Numbered from the stretch's first letter, positions 34,341-44,928 are shown. The stretch: 64,000 bases of DNA from Bacteroidota bacterium (GCA_021796275.1 JAJYOI010000004.1:1058-65057); one strand, 5' to 3'. Translations and numbers: made by a program. Notes: generated from the sequence alone by a model not told the origin.

Positions 34341-36740
34341 TTATTTGAGCAGTGTCAACTTCTTCGTCTCCATAAAATTTCCGCTTCGAAGTGTATAGAA
34401 ATAAATTCCGCTCGATAGTTTGCTTCCGTCAAGTTGCACTTCGTATGCTCCCGGAGATTTTTGCTCATTCACGAGCGTTGCCACTTCCCTTCCGAGAACA
34501 TCGAACACTTTCAACGTCACATTCTGACTACTGGATACTGAATACTGAATTCTCGTTGAAGGGTTAAACGGATTCGGATAGTTCTGACTTAACTCGAAAT
34601 GCAACGGATGCAAAGAAATTTCATTCACAGCCATCGGACTTTGATACGCCCAGCGAATTGCATCGAAGATGATCGCTTGCCCAACCGAATCACTTCCATC
34701 TCCGAGTTGAACGTAGCCGCTGTCTCCTTTTGCAAACGGAAAAGTTCCGAGCGATACCCAAGAATCTTTGTACTGACTTTGATTAACAATAACCGTTGCC
34801 GTATCTTTTTCATTGATAATTTTATACCGTGCCGCTTTTGCAGTGCTGTACGGAATGTACGCAGAAACTTCGTACATCCCGTCTTCCTTCAACATTGGCT
34901 GCCATTGCGCGTAACACGTATCGCTGCGGCGTGTGAATGCATACCACATGTGCCCTCCGTAGCCGACGGTCTTATCCTTCCACAATGACATTGAAGCCGG
35001 TGCAGAATTGTGGAGAGTAAATCCTTTGCCAAATTGAAGATCGTCTACAACTGTATCGCAGACTGACGGAGGCGTATATCTCACTGCAACACCCCACCAC
35101 GACGTGTTGAGATTCTGATGCCCATTGTTGTAGCCGGGCCAATCGTAAGACACACCTTTGCCATTTCTGCTCGGATAAATTCCCGAATTTTTATTTCCAT
35201 ACGGATCGTTGACAATCAATGTTCCCCGTACACTGTCCACACCGTTGATGACGATGATATGACCCGCCGTCGTCAAGCCGTTGCACAAAGTGTACGGATG
35301 TCCATTGCTCACTTCGCTTATCACTGTGTCGAGTGACGGTGCATCCAGGCGGCTCGCTGTCAATCCATGATTGGAATAATATTGAACTATGCGCGAATAG
35401 GGAGAGTAGCTTCCGGTCCACATAAATCCATATCCGCCCCACGAAGATTTTCCGTTCGGGTCTGTTGCAGAGTAAACATAATCAACTTGACGGAAATGAT
35501 ACTGCTCGCAGACATAATTTCCATATGCGCTCCAGTGCGCAGGCGGAGAGTACGCGCACCACACATTCCACGCAGGGAGTAAACTGTAATACGCGAGCAC
35601 CATGATCGCCGAGGTTGGTCCGCATGCAGCGCTGCCGTTGTACCAATCCGGCGTGTCGTACACTTGATTTGTGTACGGCATTTCAAAATAGACTGCTGGC
35701 GTTGAAATTTTTTCGAGCGAAGGATTTGAAGATTCTTTCTGCAGTTCCGGCACAAGCGCTTGCCGATCAATTGTTGCTACGGTGCCGACGTTTTGCAAAT
35801 TGCCGACGGAACGAGCAAAAGTTGCTCCAAAAATCGAATTGCTGTTATAGGCTCGGAAAATAATTTTGCCTTCATTAGAAATACTCGGCTCGGTTTCAAA
35901 AATGTTGGGCGTATCGGTAAGGCGAATAATTTCTTTCCCATCGTACGAAACGCTGTACAAATCTGAATTGAGCAGAGTATATTTTTCAACTTCCTTCCGA
36001 ACAAACACTAATGCTTCACCATCGTTCGACCATGCCGGCTCGCTTCCTTCGCCGAGAGAATACGACTGCTCATCGCTCGCATCATACACGAACAACGAAT
36101 CATCTAAACTTGAATAGCATAACCGGTACGTCGTTGGCGACCACAAGGGGAAACAATACCCTTTCGATGAAGTTGTAATGCACCGCCGTTGCTGCGAGTT
36201 TACATCGAGAATAAATATTTTGTTTCGGTCATCGCTGAATGCAATAAATTTTCCATCGGAAGAAAGCGCAACAATGTTTGAGTAAGCACCGAGATTGATG
36301 CGGCGTGTGGTCATTCCATTTTGAACGATAACATCATTCCCGATTGAATATGCAATTTCACCGTTCGCAGAAAAACTTACTTGCCCTGCTTGATTCACAT
36401 AATCGTGAAGCAGTGCAGTTTCTTTTGTATTCAAATCGAACACTGCCGGCGCCTGCCGTGCATCGGCGGAAATGCTTTTGAAGCCGATCTTCGTTTTGTC
36501 GGAAGAAAGCGTCAGATACATTCCGCAGCCGGGACCGGAAAACAATTCTTCCGTAATTCCATTGTGCGTAAGATAGACTGCGTTCGCCATCGAATTTGTA
36601 AATACAATTCCGTACGGCGTACTCATTGGATGGGATACCCCAAAGGAAAGTTCGTCCTGAATTTGTGCGGAACCTCCCGCAAAAGAAAAATGCGATGAAA
36701 AAAAGATGAAAAGAAGTAGGAAAAAGTATTTCAGTTTCAT
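34341..36740 (-). CDS. secreted TolB-like propeller / C39-like cysteine peptidase / golvesin-C-like domain protein with a T9SS CTD
   Basis: Signal peptide MKLKYFFLLLFIFFSSHFSFA (ATG at 36740). The C39_2-like elements are AACGPTSAIMVLAYY...TAGHIIVINGVD...VNDPYG. A golvesin-like segment reads YEVSAYIPYSTAKAARYKIIN...WVSLGTFPF...IFDAIRW. The CTD reads SQNYPNPFNPSTRIQY...SGIYFYTL...KKLTLLK. Confidence 0.8.
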   Translation of the reverse strand: MKLKYFFLLLFIFFSSHFSFAGGSAQIQDELSFGVSHPMSTPYGIVFTNSMANAVYLTHNGITEELFSGPGCGMYLTLSSDKTKIGFKSISADARQAPAVFDLNTKETALLHDYVNQAGQVSFSANGEIAYSIGNDVIVQNGMTTRRINLGAYSNIVALSSDGKFIAFSDDRNKIFILDVNSQQRRCITTSSKGYCFPLWSPTTYRLCYSSLDDSLFVYDASDEQSYSLGEGSEPAWSNDGEALVFVRKEVEKYTLLNSDLYSVSYDGKEIIRLTDTPNIFETEPSISNEGKIIFRAYNSNSIFGATFARSVGNLQNVGTVATIDRQALVPELQKESSNPSLEKISTPAVYFEMPYTNQVYDTPDWYNGSAACGPTSAIMVLAYYSLLPAWNVWCAYSPPAHWSAYGNYVCEQYHFRQVDYVYSATDPNGKSSWGGYGFMWTGSYSPYSRIVQYYSNHGLTASRLDAPSLDTVISEVSNGHPYTLCNGLTTAGHIIVINGVDSVRGTLIVNDPYGNKNSGIYPSRNGKGVSYDWPGYNNGHQNLNTSWWGVAVRYTPPSVCDTVVDDLQFGKGFTLHNSAPASMSLWKDKTVGYGGHMWYAFTRRSDTCYAQWQPMLKEDGMYEVSAYIPYSTAKAARYKIINEKDTATVIVNQSQYKDSWVSLGTFPFAKGDSGYVQLGDGSDSVGQAIIFDAIRWAYQSPMAVNEISLHPLHFELSQNYPNPFNPSTRIQYSVSSSQNVTLKVFDVLGREVATLVNEQKSPGAYEVQLDGSKLSSGIYFYTLRSGNFMETKKLTLLK

Positions 36741-36817
36741 TGGAGTACCCAAATAAAGTCTATCTGATGCCTTGCTACAAACCACAAAAGCATCAGCGAA
36801 GATACAGGATTTTTACA

Positions 36818-37222
36818 TCATAGCAAACGCCGCTGCTTTTCAATGCCGAGTTTTCCTCGTACAAACTTTCTCACCGCCTTCGCGTTCATCACAGCATTGA
36901 CTGCTTCAGCATGTGTAACAATGTCCCCCGGATAACGAAACTCGACCGCATACGGATCAAGAAATTCTAAATGTAGATGAAGAGATGAAAACTCCTCATC
37001 AATTTTCAAACATTGTGGGAGTAAATCTTTAGTAAGAATATGAGTTTTTGAAAAAGGGATATTGTGCTCAACAAGAAACGCTTTCAGATATTTTTCGGCA
37101 CATTGTTGAGCGGCAAAACAAGTAAGGTGGGCAACTTTTACGCTCCGTTTCTTCACCAATGTTAAAGCGCCGATATAATCTCCTTCAGCTTTAACGACCC
37201 ATGCTTCAGTATCAACGTGCAT
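36818..37222 (-). CDS. HEPN-domain protein (toxin of a HEPN/MNT pair)
   Basis: EGDYIGALTL...AAQQCAEKYLKAFL...DPYAVEFRYPGD is the HEPN pattern of MNT-associated HEPN proteins. There is an 11-nt overlap with the upstream nucleotidyltransferase gene. Confidence 0.85.
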   Translation of the reverse strand: MHVDTEAWVVKAEGDYIGALTLVKKRSVKVAHLTCFAAQQCAEKYLKAFLVEHNIPFSKTHILTKDLLPQCLKIDEEFSSLHLHLEFLDPYAVEFRYPGDIVTHAEAVNAVMNAKAVRKFVRGKLGIEKQRRLL

Positions 37223-37523
37223 ATAATACTTTTCCCTTTTGAAAGACCTCCTTTACGAACCAGTCTCTTCCCTGCAACGATCGCTCGACTTCTTCGGGCG
37301 TCCTGACCACCACGTCAACGGGCACATTGTCCTCGATTGCGCGAAGCACAACCCGAATTCTTTCAGCTCCAAGTCCGGGAATATTTGCAACAACAAACAA
37401 ATCAATATCGCTGTCGCGGGTTGGTTTCCCGTATGCGTATGATCCGAAAAGAATGATTCTTTCCGGAGCGCACTTCGCGACAATGGAAGAAACAATGTTT
37501 GATATTTTCTTTTTCGAAATCAT
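37212..37523 (-). CDS. minimal nucleotidyltransferase (MNT antitoxin of a HEPN/MNT pair)
   Basis: ERIILFGSYAYGKPTRDSDIDLFVV carries the GSxxxG...DxD polymerase-beta-type NTase motif. The ATG at 37523 is preferred; the track start at 37544 is a TTG. Confidence 0.85.
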   Translation of the reverse strand: MISKKKISNIVSSIVAKCAPERIILFGSYAYGKPTRDSDIDLFVVANIPGLGAERIRVVLRAIEDNVPVDVVVRTPEEVERSLQGRDWFVKEVFQKGKVLYAR

Positions 37524-37587
37524 TGCAGAACAATCTACAAACAATCACTCTCTCTTGCAACCGATATTGTACAAGAGAAACCATGCA

Positions 37588-40110
37588 TCAATACAACGCT
37601 TCGAGTGTAAACATTACCGTGCGCGGGAGACCAAAGTGCGTCCCTCCGAAACTCGATTCAAACTTATACAGATATTTCGTATCGAGCACATTCAAAATAG
37701 AAAACGAGGAGCGCAATGTCAGTGAAGAAACAGAGAACTGATACATCACTCCGACATCGAATACGACGTGCGGAGCGACAGATTTATCCGGCGACCCCGG
37801 CGATTCCGGCTTCAACGAAAGCAGATTGATTACGTCATCGGAATATCCCCGGCGTTTCAATTCTGTACGCGATGCGGCTTCATCAAGTCCTTTGCCTGTG
37901 CTGTCCACAAGATCGAACGGTAAGCCGGAATCGAACCGTGCACCGAGGTTCGCAGAAAATTCTTCTGAAAACGCGTACGACAAATGAAGCACGGCAGTGA
38001 GAAGCTGATTGTGTTCTGTCGGAAACATATCTTCGCCGCCAAACGGTTGAGAATAGTTGTGTCCTTCTTCGCCGAGAATTAATCCGGCGGCAATTGGAGA
38101 TGAACCGTCAGAAGGCTTGATGCCGAGCGACGTCGCCGTTGTGACCGTCATTTCGCCGGAAAGATTTTTCCAATCGTGCAAACGCGCAGTCAACTCTCCT
38201 CCACCGACGAAGCCTTTTTTCAAGTTGACGGGAAAAATGATCCCGGAATTTCCAAGCTCGACTTTGACAATAAAATTGTCGATTATCTTGCTGTAGCCGT
38301 TCAAATCAAGATCGAGATAGTCGTTTACTTTGTACATGCCGCCGAGTTCAAACACGTGCTCGCGTTCGCTGCGAACATTCGTCGGAACATTCCCCTGTTC
38401 TGCGCCAGTCAACATTCGCGCTTCGTCAGAACTCGAGACAAGAATATTTTCGAGCGGCGCTTGCATCACAATTCTATTATACGAAGCACGGAAAGTAAGA
38501 TTGTCGTTCCAAAGGTAGGCAATGTTCACGCGCGGCGACAGCGCCGATTCCCGCTCAAGCAAATTGAACTCGTCGTACCGAAGCCCGGCGTTCAGCACCC
38601 ACTTGTTCATTGCAATTTGATCCTGCGCGTAAGCGGAAAAGCGCGTTCCGGTTTTAGCGCGGTCAACATGAAAGGGCGTGCCGCCCTTCGTAAGATCGTA
38701 TGGCGCATACCGAACATCACCCCCAGGAACATTCGGATCTGAAAGTGCGGGATTGGTTACTGCAAATGTGAAAAATTCTTTAAGCGGATAGACTTCGCCG
38801 TCAACGCCAATTTTGATTGCATGATGAAGCGAGAAGAAATTGCTCCGCGACGCATATTCTGCCTGAGCGCCGTTTGTTGTGTTCGTTCGATCCGCTCCGA
38901 TAAAAAATTTTTCGTTTTCGTGAATCGCTTTGAGAGCGTCATCCGATGTGAGAATCTGTTTCATGCCGCCGCTTGTGACAAGGCTGTGCGCGTAACGCGA
39001 ATATCCGACAACGCTCATTAACGAAAACGAATTCAACATCAATGTTGCACGAATGCCGAGCAGATAATCCCGCAAATTCTGAATCTGATCCTGTTCTGGC
39101 GTTTTCACTACACCGTTTGGAATTTCGTACCGCGTATTGTCATAACTTCCGAGCATCGTAATGTCGAGCTTATCGCTTGTCAGGAAATTCAGTTTTCCAA
39201 AGAAAGAATTTGTTTCACTTTGATCGTGAATCGGAGAAAATCCTGAGACAGGATCGAGATAACGATTTGATGCGCAGCTTGAACCGGCAAGATAGAGCGC
39301 GGCGTGTCCGTTCAAATTTCCGCCGAGCTGAAGCGAACGCTCGACCGCGCCGAACGAACCATAGGTCAGCAAAGCGCTGCCGAAAAGCGGTTCATCAAAT
39401 CCGGATTTCGTTGTTACGGCGAGAACACCGGCAGCAGCAACTCCGTATTCCGCATTGAGCGCGCCGGTTTGAATATCAATTGCTTTGATGAGCGATGCGT
39501 TGAACAGGCTTGAATAAACGCGGGTAAGATTTCCCGTGATCGGAATACCGTCAACTACGTACTGCAACTGTGCATCTTCCCCGCGCACGTGCATTCGTCC
39601 GTCTTCATCCGGCACAACGCCGGGCGTAGAAAGAAGAATGCGCTCGATTTTTTTTGAATTCCCGTCGGACTCAAGATTTTCGATTGATGCCGCAGTCAAT
39701 AACGTACGCGTTTGAAGATGAGAAGAAGTTTGAGCGTACGCATTTCCTTCGATCACAATTCCCTGAAGCTCATATTCACGAAGCGAATCAATGACGATAT
39801 CTTTGGGAATCGGTGAAGAGATGACGACGCGCCTTCCGGCAAGCAAAACGGAATCTAACATCACAGTAATATCGTACGTGGAGAAAGGAACATTCCGGAA
39901 AACAAACGAGCCATTGCTTACGGGAGATGTTTCCTGAACGAGTGTATGGGTCGTCGCCTCGTTCAGCAAAATGCGGAGCTCTTTTTCTACCGGAGTGTGA
40001 ATATCCCGAATTGTGCCGCGTATAGTGCCTGTGGAAATTTGCCCGAACGCAGGTTCAATTTCAATGCCCCGTAAAAGAAAAATAAACGCTACTGTAACGA
40101 ATAATCTCAT
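37588..40110 (-). CDS. TonB-dependent receptor with an N-terminal carboxypeptidase-regulatory-like domain
   Basis: Signal peptide. An Ig-like CarboxypepD_reg-type N-domain is followed by a plug (ERILLSTPGVVPDEDGRMHVRGEDAQLQYVVDGIPI) and a long beta-barrel with an aromatic C-terminus. Confidence 0.85.
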   Translation of the reverse strand: MRLFVTVAFIFLLRGIEIEPAFGQISTGTIRGTIRDIHTPVEKELRILLNEATTHTLVQETSPVSNGSFVFRNVPFSTYDITVMLDSVLLAGRRVVISSPIPKDIVIDSLREYELQGIVIEGNAYAQTSSHLQTRTLLTAASIENLESDGNSKKIERILLSTPGVVPDEDGRMHVRGEDAQLQYVVDGIPITGNLTRVYSSLFNASLIKAIDIQTGALNAEYGVAAAGVLAVTTKSGFDEPLFGSALLTYGSFGAVERSLQLGGNLNGHAALYLAGSSCASNRYLDPVSGFSPIHDQSETNSFFGKLNFLTSDKLDITMLGSYDNTRYEIPNGVVKTPEQDQIQNLRDYLLGIRATLMLNSFSLMSVVGYSRYAHSLVTSGGMKQILTSDDALKAIHENEKFFIGADRTNTTNGAQAEYASRSNFFSLHHAIKIGVDGEVYPLKEFFTFAVTNPALSDPNVPGGDVRYAPYDLTKGGTPFHVDRAKTGTRFSAYAQDQIAMNKWVLNAGLRYDEFNLLERESALSPRVNIAYLWNDNLTFRASYNRIVMQAPLENILVSSSDEARMLTGAEQGNVPTNVRSEREHVFELGGMYKVNDYLDLDLNGYSKIIDNFIVKVELGNSGIIFPVNLKKGFVGGGELTARLHDWKNLSGEMTVTTATSLGIKPSDGSSPIAAGLILGEEGHNYSQPFGGEDMFPTEHNQLLTAVLHLSYAFSEEFSANLGARFDSGLPFDLVDSTGKGLDEAASRTELKRRGYSDDVINLLSLKPESPGSPDKSVAPHVVFDVGVMYQFSVSSLTLRSSFSILNVLDTKYLYKFESSFGGTHFGLPRTVMFTLEALY

Positions 40111-40209
40111 GAACACCTAATTGTTACTTTAAAAAATATAAGTATTGGAGAAGTGAACTTCAATCCCAAAAACAGTAAGCAGCTTAATCTCACCAGTCGG
40201 ATTGCATCT

Positions 40210-41025
40210 TCATTTCACACATAACAACAGAGGCCACGACATGTTAGCATTGAAGTCTAACTCATGATGATTTTTGATATAAATTCTGGTGGAAGGACCG
40301 CCATCAAAATCTATAACGGATAAATTCTTCTTAAATAAACCGGTTGAGCGAAGCATTGTACCAAGCTCCGTAAGTGTAACAGCATATAACGTGATGGCAA
40401 CATAAAATTCTTTTCCATCTATAGAGGCAAATACTGTGCGTCTCGCCTGTCTATTACCGTTGATTGATGAATTAATGCTTGCGGTATCTACCTCACTATT
40501 CGAAATAATCTGAGGACCGGTTTGAATAACCAAATCGTAATCCTTCGTCTTTTCCAGCTCGTTGACAGTGAAGTAATCAACAATGTTTCTCGTAGTGCTA
40601 TATGCAAAGAGGCGTGAAAGCTGTCTGTCGTCTTTCATATCTTCATAAACTGAATTATTTATTTTCAAATACCCTGCATGTCTGTAGTGAAGTCCGGTGT
40701 GAGCGACAGTATCATCGTACAAAGGATCGAAGAACGAGCCATTGACAATTAGAGAATAGCCGCTGTCATTTGCAATCTGTTCAAGACTTCTCGTCGGACG
40801 CTCTGAATAAATATATGATGAGATTTTAGATATTCTTACAATCGTTGTCTGATATTTATCCACTGTAAAGATGGTCAGATTCCCTTCCTGTATAACCTGA
40901 AAATGGAGTGTCGTGTCAACTTCCGCTTCGGTAAAAAGATTGGAATTGGGATCGGTTGGCTGCTTGCACGCAAAGAAAACTGAAATAACTATTGCAATGA
41001 ATAGTAAACTTGTAATCTTTTTCAT
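40210..41025 (-). CDS. phosphodiester glycosidase family (DUF2233) lipoprotein
   Basis: Lipobox ISVFFAC. The family pattern is LIVNGSFFDP...VIQTGPQII...RTVFASIDGKEFYVAIT...VIDFDGGPST. Confidence 0.75.
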   Translation of the reverse strand: MKKITSLLFIAIVISVFFACKQPTDPNSNLFTEAEVDTTLHFQVIQEGNLTIFTVDKYQTTIVRISKISSYIYSERPTRSLEQIANDSGYSLIVNGSFFDPLYDDTVAHTGLHYRHAGYLKINNSVYEDMKDDRQLSRLFAYSTTRNIVDYFTVNELEKTKDYDLVIQTGPQIISNSEVDTASINSSINGNRQARRTVFASIDGKEFYVAITLYAVTLTELGTMLRSTGLFKKNLSVIDFDGGPSTRIYIKNHHELDFNANMSWPLLLCVK

Positions 41026-41077
41026 ACCCACCTTTTAGTTTTTTTGACAGGTAGGAAATACCTGCCTAACTGATTAA

Positions 41078-41722
41078 TCAGAAACCTTTCAGCAGGTTGT
41101 ATGCAATGCCGAGATCGAACAAGCAATAAGATCGCTCGGCGGCATTGGAATAATACTTGACCGAAAAGTCCATAACAAAATCGGTGAACAGAGAGACTAT
41201 TCCTCCGACTCCAATCGTGTAAGCAAAATAGCTGTTATCAGAAAGTTTTATGTCTTTGGAATACTTAACGTACTTCATGTATTCCACCCGTCCGTGGATG
41301 GTTCCAAGATGCTCATGTACATACCCGCCGCCGATGTTGCAGTAAGGTTTTGCAAATTTTGAAGATTGATCAATGAGTTGCAATTCTACCGTTGCACGAA
41401 TAACATTTGCACTCTCTCCCGACGAACTGACGAAAACTCTTTCCGTGTCGGAATAATTGCCAGTTTGATAGTAGCTGTTAAACAGATAATGATTATAAAA
41501 AACTGAAGGTACAATGTTGATCCAATCCGCCATTTGTACATTTGAACGAACACCGATATCTAAACTCGGCCCCCAATATTCTTCGAGGAGATTTTTCTCA
41601 ACATTTTGAGATACGTTCGTGCCATAATGTATTCCTGTAGCCACATCCAACGGGAACTGTGCAAAAGTCGCAACAAAAGAAAAAAACAGTAAAGCTGTTT
41701 GGAAAAAAATGAAACGTTTCAT
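41078..41722 (-). CDS. small outer-membrane beta-barrel protein (porin-family/OmpW-like)
   Basis: Signal peptide MKRFIFFQTALLFFSFVATFAQ. Alternating aromatic/aliphatic strands are present and the C-terminal residue is F. Confidence 0.6.
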   Translation of the reverse strand: MKRFIFFQTALLFFSFVATFAQFPLDVATGIHYGTNVSQNVEKNLLEEYWGPSLDIGVRSNVQMADWINIVPSVFYNHYLFNSYYQTGNYSDTERVFVSSSGESANVIRATVELQLIDQSSKFAKPYCNIGGGYVHEHLGTIHGRVEYMKYVKYSKDIKLSDNSYFAYTIGVGGIVSLFTDFVMDFSVKYYSNAAERSYCLFDLGIAYNLLKGF

Positions 41723-41765
41723 AGGATGCGTTGCCTCCTAACGGTTCGGAGCTAAGCTGCGACGG

Positions 41766-42161
41766 TTATTGCTCTCTATTCTTAGAGATAATGTCAAAGG
41801 GAATTTTTGTGCCGGCATACACTTGCCATAGATGAATCTTTCCGTTCTTGATGACAGCTTTCCAAGAAGCGGGAAGACGCCAGTAATTCTCTTTTCTTTC
41901 CTTTGAGCCTTGAAATGTTCCTTCTGCAAAACCAAAAGCGGCAACGGTGTCTCCGCTCACGAATACTTTTGTAATTTCAATCATGTAATCGGGAAACCAT
42001 TGAAAATATCCTACCCATCCCGCTCTCATTTTATCTTTGCCTATAACCTCATTTCCCTGAGAGTCAATAAATATATGACCTTCTGACATGAGCGAATAAA
42101 TTTTGTCAACATCATGTTTGTTGATCGCAGAGACAAAGGCATGGAAAATTTGCTCATTCAT
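41766..42161 (-). CDS. SnoaL-like / NTF2-family protein
   Basis: FVSAINKHDVDKIYSLMSEGHIFIDSQGNEVIGKDKMRAGW...GDTVAAFGFAEGTF is the SnoaL_2-type pattern. Confidence 0.75.
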   Translation of the reverse strand: MNEQIFHAFVSAINKHDVDKIYSLMSEGHIFIDSQGNEVIGKDKMRAGWVGYFQWFPDYMIEITKVFVSGDTVAAFGFAEGTFQGSKERKENYWRLPASWKAVIKNGKIHLWQVYAGTKIPFDIISKNREQ

Positions 42162-42205
42162 ATCACTGAAGCCCTGAAGAATATTCCAGACAAAGAAGCG
42201 TTACA

Positions 42206-42643
42206 TCAGCGTGAGCGAACGGTTAGAGTTTGTGCAGAATATTTCTTCCCGCACTCGATACAAGCGCCTTTATGAACACAAATCGTACCTGCACATTCGT
42301 CACATGTCCATTTCAAATCTTCTTTTCTTAGAAATTGTCTGATACCAAAACCCCGAATATTTTCGAGATTTTCAGTCATACTCATATTGTATCTGGTACG
42401 ATATCTTTTGTCTAAATGCTTCAAATTATCGCAGGGAAAATTCTTACATTCGAAACAGAACTTTGCTTCGCCTTTCCTAAAAACTTTGCAGGTTTTAATC
42501 TTACATCTGACACGTGTAACCGGCTTATTAGTGTTTGTTCCCCTGCAACCGACACATCTGTTTTTCTCTCTCAAATAAGCCATGCAAATGTTACAGTTCA
42601 TTCCGCAAGGAGCTATCAAAGAAATTTTATTCAAGGATTTCAT
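42206..42643 (-). CDS. DUF3795 cysteine-rich protein
   Basis: CGMNCNICMAY...CVGCRG...CKIKTCKVF...FCFECKNFPCDNLKHLDKRY is the characteristic DUF3795 Cys pattern. Confidence 0.75.
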   Translation of the reverse strand: MKSLNKISLIAPCGMNCNICMAYLREKNRCVGCRGTNTNKPVTRVRCKIKTCKVFRKGEAKFCFECKNFPCDNLKHLDKRYRTRYNMSMTENLENIRGFGIRQFLRKEDLKWTCDECAGTICVHKGACIECGKKYSAQTLTVRSR

Positions 42644-42959
42644 TGTCCTTAACTGAATATATTACTTCTCTAAAATTTGGGAACATTATGTTTTGAAAGT
42701 TCCCATGGTTACCGCCCTTGTAAGGAATCCCAATTCAACAACCGCTCTATTGTACAGAACATTAAAACGAATTGCAATATAGAAGTGACTCTACCGTACA
42801 GAACATTCCTCGTTCTTCTCTTGTTAAATATAGCGGATGATAGCTTCCTTGATTTTCACAGCCAAATGGATTAACTTTTTAATTAAGACAATGTTAGCAA
42901 GGTAACGCCGCGGCAATTCTGAGAAGAAAAGGCGGGGTGTTTCCTATTCTCAGGAAGAC

Positions 42960-42980
42960 CCGCAGACTTAAAGTCTGCGG
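42960..42980. repeat. 21-nt perfect palindrome (REP-like) in the korA upstream region
   Basis: CCGCAGACTT-A-AAGTCTGCGG. Confidence 0.6.
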
Positions 42981-43092
42981 CTACCAATGTTCGATTCTTT
43001 TATACTGGCACGGCATTTGCCTAATTTCTAAAAAATCTACAACACAAAAAGTATTTTACTTCACTTTAATTTGAGCAAAGGCACAACACACA

Positions 43093-44928
43093 ATGGCTAA
43101 AACTACGAAATCGCTTGAAGAGGTAACGATACGGTTTGCCGGCGATTCAGGCGACGGTATGCAACTTACCGGAACACAATTCACCAATACTTCGGCAATT
43201 ATGGGAAATGATCTGAGCACACTGCCGGATTATCCCGCCGAAATCCGCGCGCCGCAAGGAACACTGTTCGGCGTCAGCGGTTTTCAAATTCATTTCGGAA
43301 GCAAAGAAATCAACACTCCCGGCGACCAATGCGACGTGCTCGTTGCAATGAACGCGGCGGCTCTGAAAGTAAACTTGCGCAGTTTAGTGAACGGCGGATC
43401 CATTATCGTCAACACAGATGGATTCAACGACAAAAATCTGAAGCTTGCAGGATACGAAGCGAATCCGTTGAACAACGATTCACTTTCAAAATATCAGGTT
43501 TTCCAGGTTGACATTACAAAGCTGACCACCCTTGCATTAGCGGACATGAATCTTCCGCAGAAAATTGTTGACCGCACAAAAAATTTCTTCGCGCTCGGCA
43601 TGATGTATTGGATCTACAACCGCTCGATTGAATCAACGATCGAATGGGTGAATGATAAATTCAAATCGAAAGCGGACATTGCCGAAGCGAACATTCGTGT
43701 GCTGAAAGCCGGATGGAATTTTGCCGAGACAACGGAAATTTTCAGCGTGCGGTACGATGTTAAACCTGCCACTCTTGCACATGGAAAATACCGCAACATC
43801 ACCGGAAATCAGGCAACTGCGCTTGGGTTGGTTGCTGCGGCAAATAAAGCAACGCTCGACTTGTTTCTCGGCAGCTACCCCATCACTCCTGCGAGCGACA
43901 TTTTGCACGACCTCTCGATGTACAAACAGTACGGCGTGAAAACATTTCAGGCAGAAGATGAAATTGCTGGAGTCACAAGCGCCATCGGCGCATCGTTCGG
44001 CGGCGCGCTTGCTGTGACAACAACAAGCGGTCCGGGCCTTGCGTTGAAAACCGAAGCCATCGGTTTGGCAGTGATGGTCGAACTTCCGCTGGTCATTGTG
44101 AATATTCAGCGCGGCGGCCCAAGCACCGGACTTCCGACAAAAACGGAGCAAGCAGATCTTTTGCAGGCAATGTACGGACGCAACGGCGAAGCGCCTGTTC
44201 CTATTGTCGCCGCATCAACGCCGGGCGACTGCTTCTATTCCGTCTTCGAAGCGAGCCGCATTGCGTTAAAATTCATGACGCCTGTGTTGTTCCTTTCCGA
44301 CGGTTATCTCGGCAACGGATCAGAACCGTGGCTCATTCCAAGTCCGGAAAGCTTGCCGGATATTTCTCCGAAATTCCGTACCGATCCGAACGGCTATCTC
44401 CCCTACTTGCGTGATGAAAAAACGCTGGCGCGCGAATGGGCAATTCCCGGAACACCGGGACTTGAACATCGCATCGGCGGATTGGAAAAAGAGGATAAAA
44501 CCGGAAACGTCAGCTACGATCCGGAAAATCACGAGCGGATGATACGTTTGCGCGCAGAAAAAGTCGAGCGCATTGCCAACGATATTCCTTTGGCAAAAGT
44601 TGAAGGGGATGAAAAAGGCGACTTGCTCGTTGTCGGCTGGGGCGGAACGTACGGCGCGATTCGCACTGCCGTTGAGCAAAAGCGCGCAGAAGGAAAATCG
44701 GTTTCACAGCTTCATCTTCATTATCTGAATCCGCTGCAAAAAAATATCGGCGAGATTCTGTACAACTTTAAGAACGTGCTGGTCGCGGAAATCAATATGG
44801 GACAACTCATAAAAATCCTGCGGGCAAAATATCTTGTGCCGGCAGTCGGGTTGAACAAAATTCAGGGCTTGCCGTTCAAATCATCCGAGATCGAAAAGAA
44901 AATTGACGAAATTTTAGGAGGTAAGTAA
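43093..44928 (+). CDS. korA: 2-oxoacid:ferredoxin oxidoreductase, alpha (gamma-alpha fused) subunit
   Basis: 611 aa. The N-terminal [13 protein letters not shown] is followed by the pyrimidine-binding domain YPITPASD...[17 protein letters not shown]. It is followed by the beta subunit 3 nt downstream. Confidence 0.9.
   Translation: MAKTTKSLEEVTIRFAGDSGDGMQLTGTQFTNTSAIMGNDLSTLPDYPAEIRAPQGTLFGVSGFQIHFGSKEINTPGDQCDVLVAMNAAALKVNLRSLVNGGSIIVNTDGFNDKNLKLAGYEANPLNNDSLSKYQVFQVDITKLTTLALADMNLPQKIVDRTKNFFALGMMYWIYNRSIESTIEWVNDKFKSKADIAEANIRVLKAGWNFAETTEIFSVRYDVKPATLAHGKYRNITGNQATALGLVAAANKATLDLFLGSYPITPASDILHDLSMYKQYGVKTFQAEDEIAGVTSAIGASFGGALAVTTTSGPGLALKTEAIGLAVMVELPLVIVNIQRGGPSTGLPTKTEQADLLQAMYGRNGEAPVPIVAASTPGDCFYSVFEASRIALKFMTPVLFLSDGYLGNGSEPWLIPSPESLPDISPKFRTDPNGYLPYLRDEKTLAREWAIPGTPGLEHRIGGLEKEDKTGNVSYDPENHERMIRLRAEKVERIANDIPLAKVEGDEKGDLLVVGWGGTYGAIRTAVEQKRAEGKSVSQLHLHYLNPLQKNIGEILYNFKNVLVAEINMGQLIKILRAKYLVPAVGLNKIQGLPFKSSEIEKKIDEILGGK

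Noticed and set aside
42800-42816. AGAAC-N7-GTTCT as a LexA (Cheo-type) box
   Set aside because: The Cheo box is GAAC-N4-GTTC. The spacing here does not fit, so no SOS-box claim is made.
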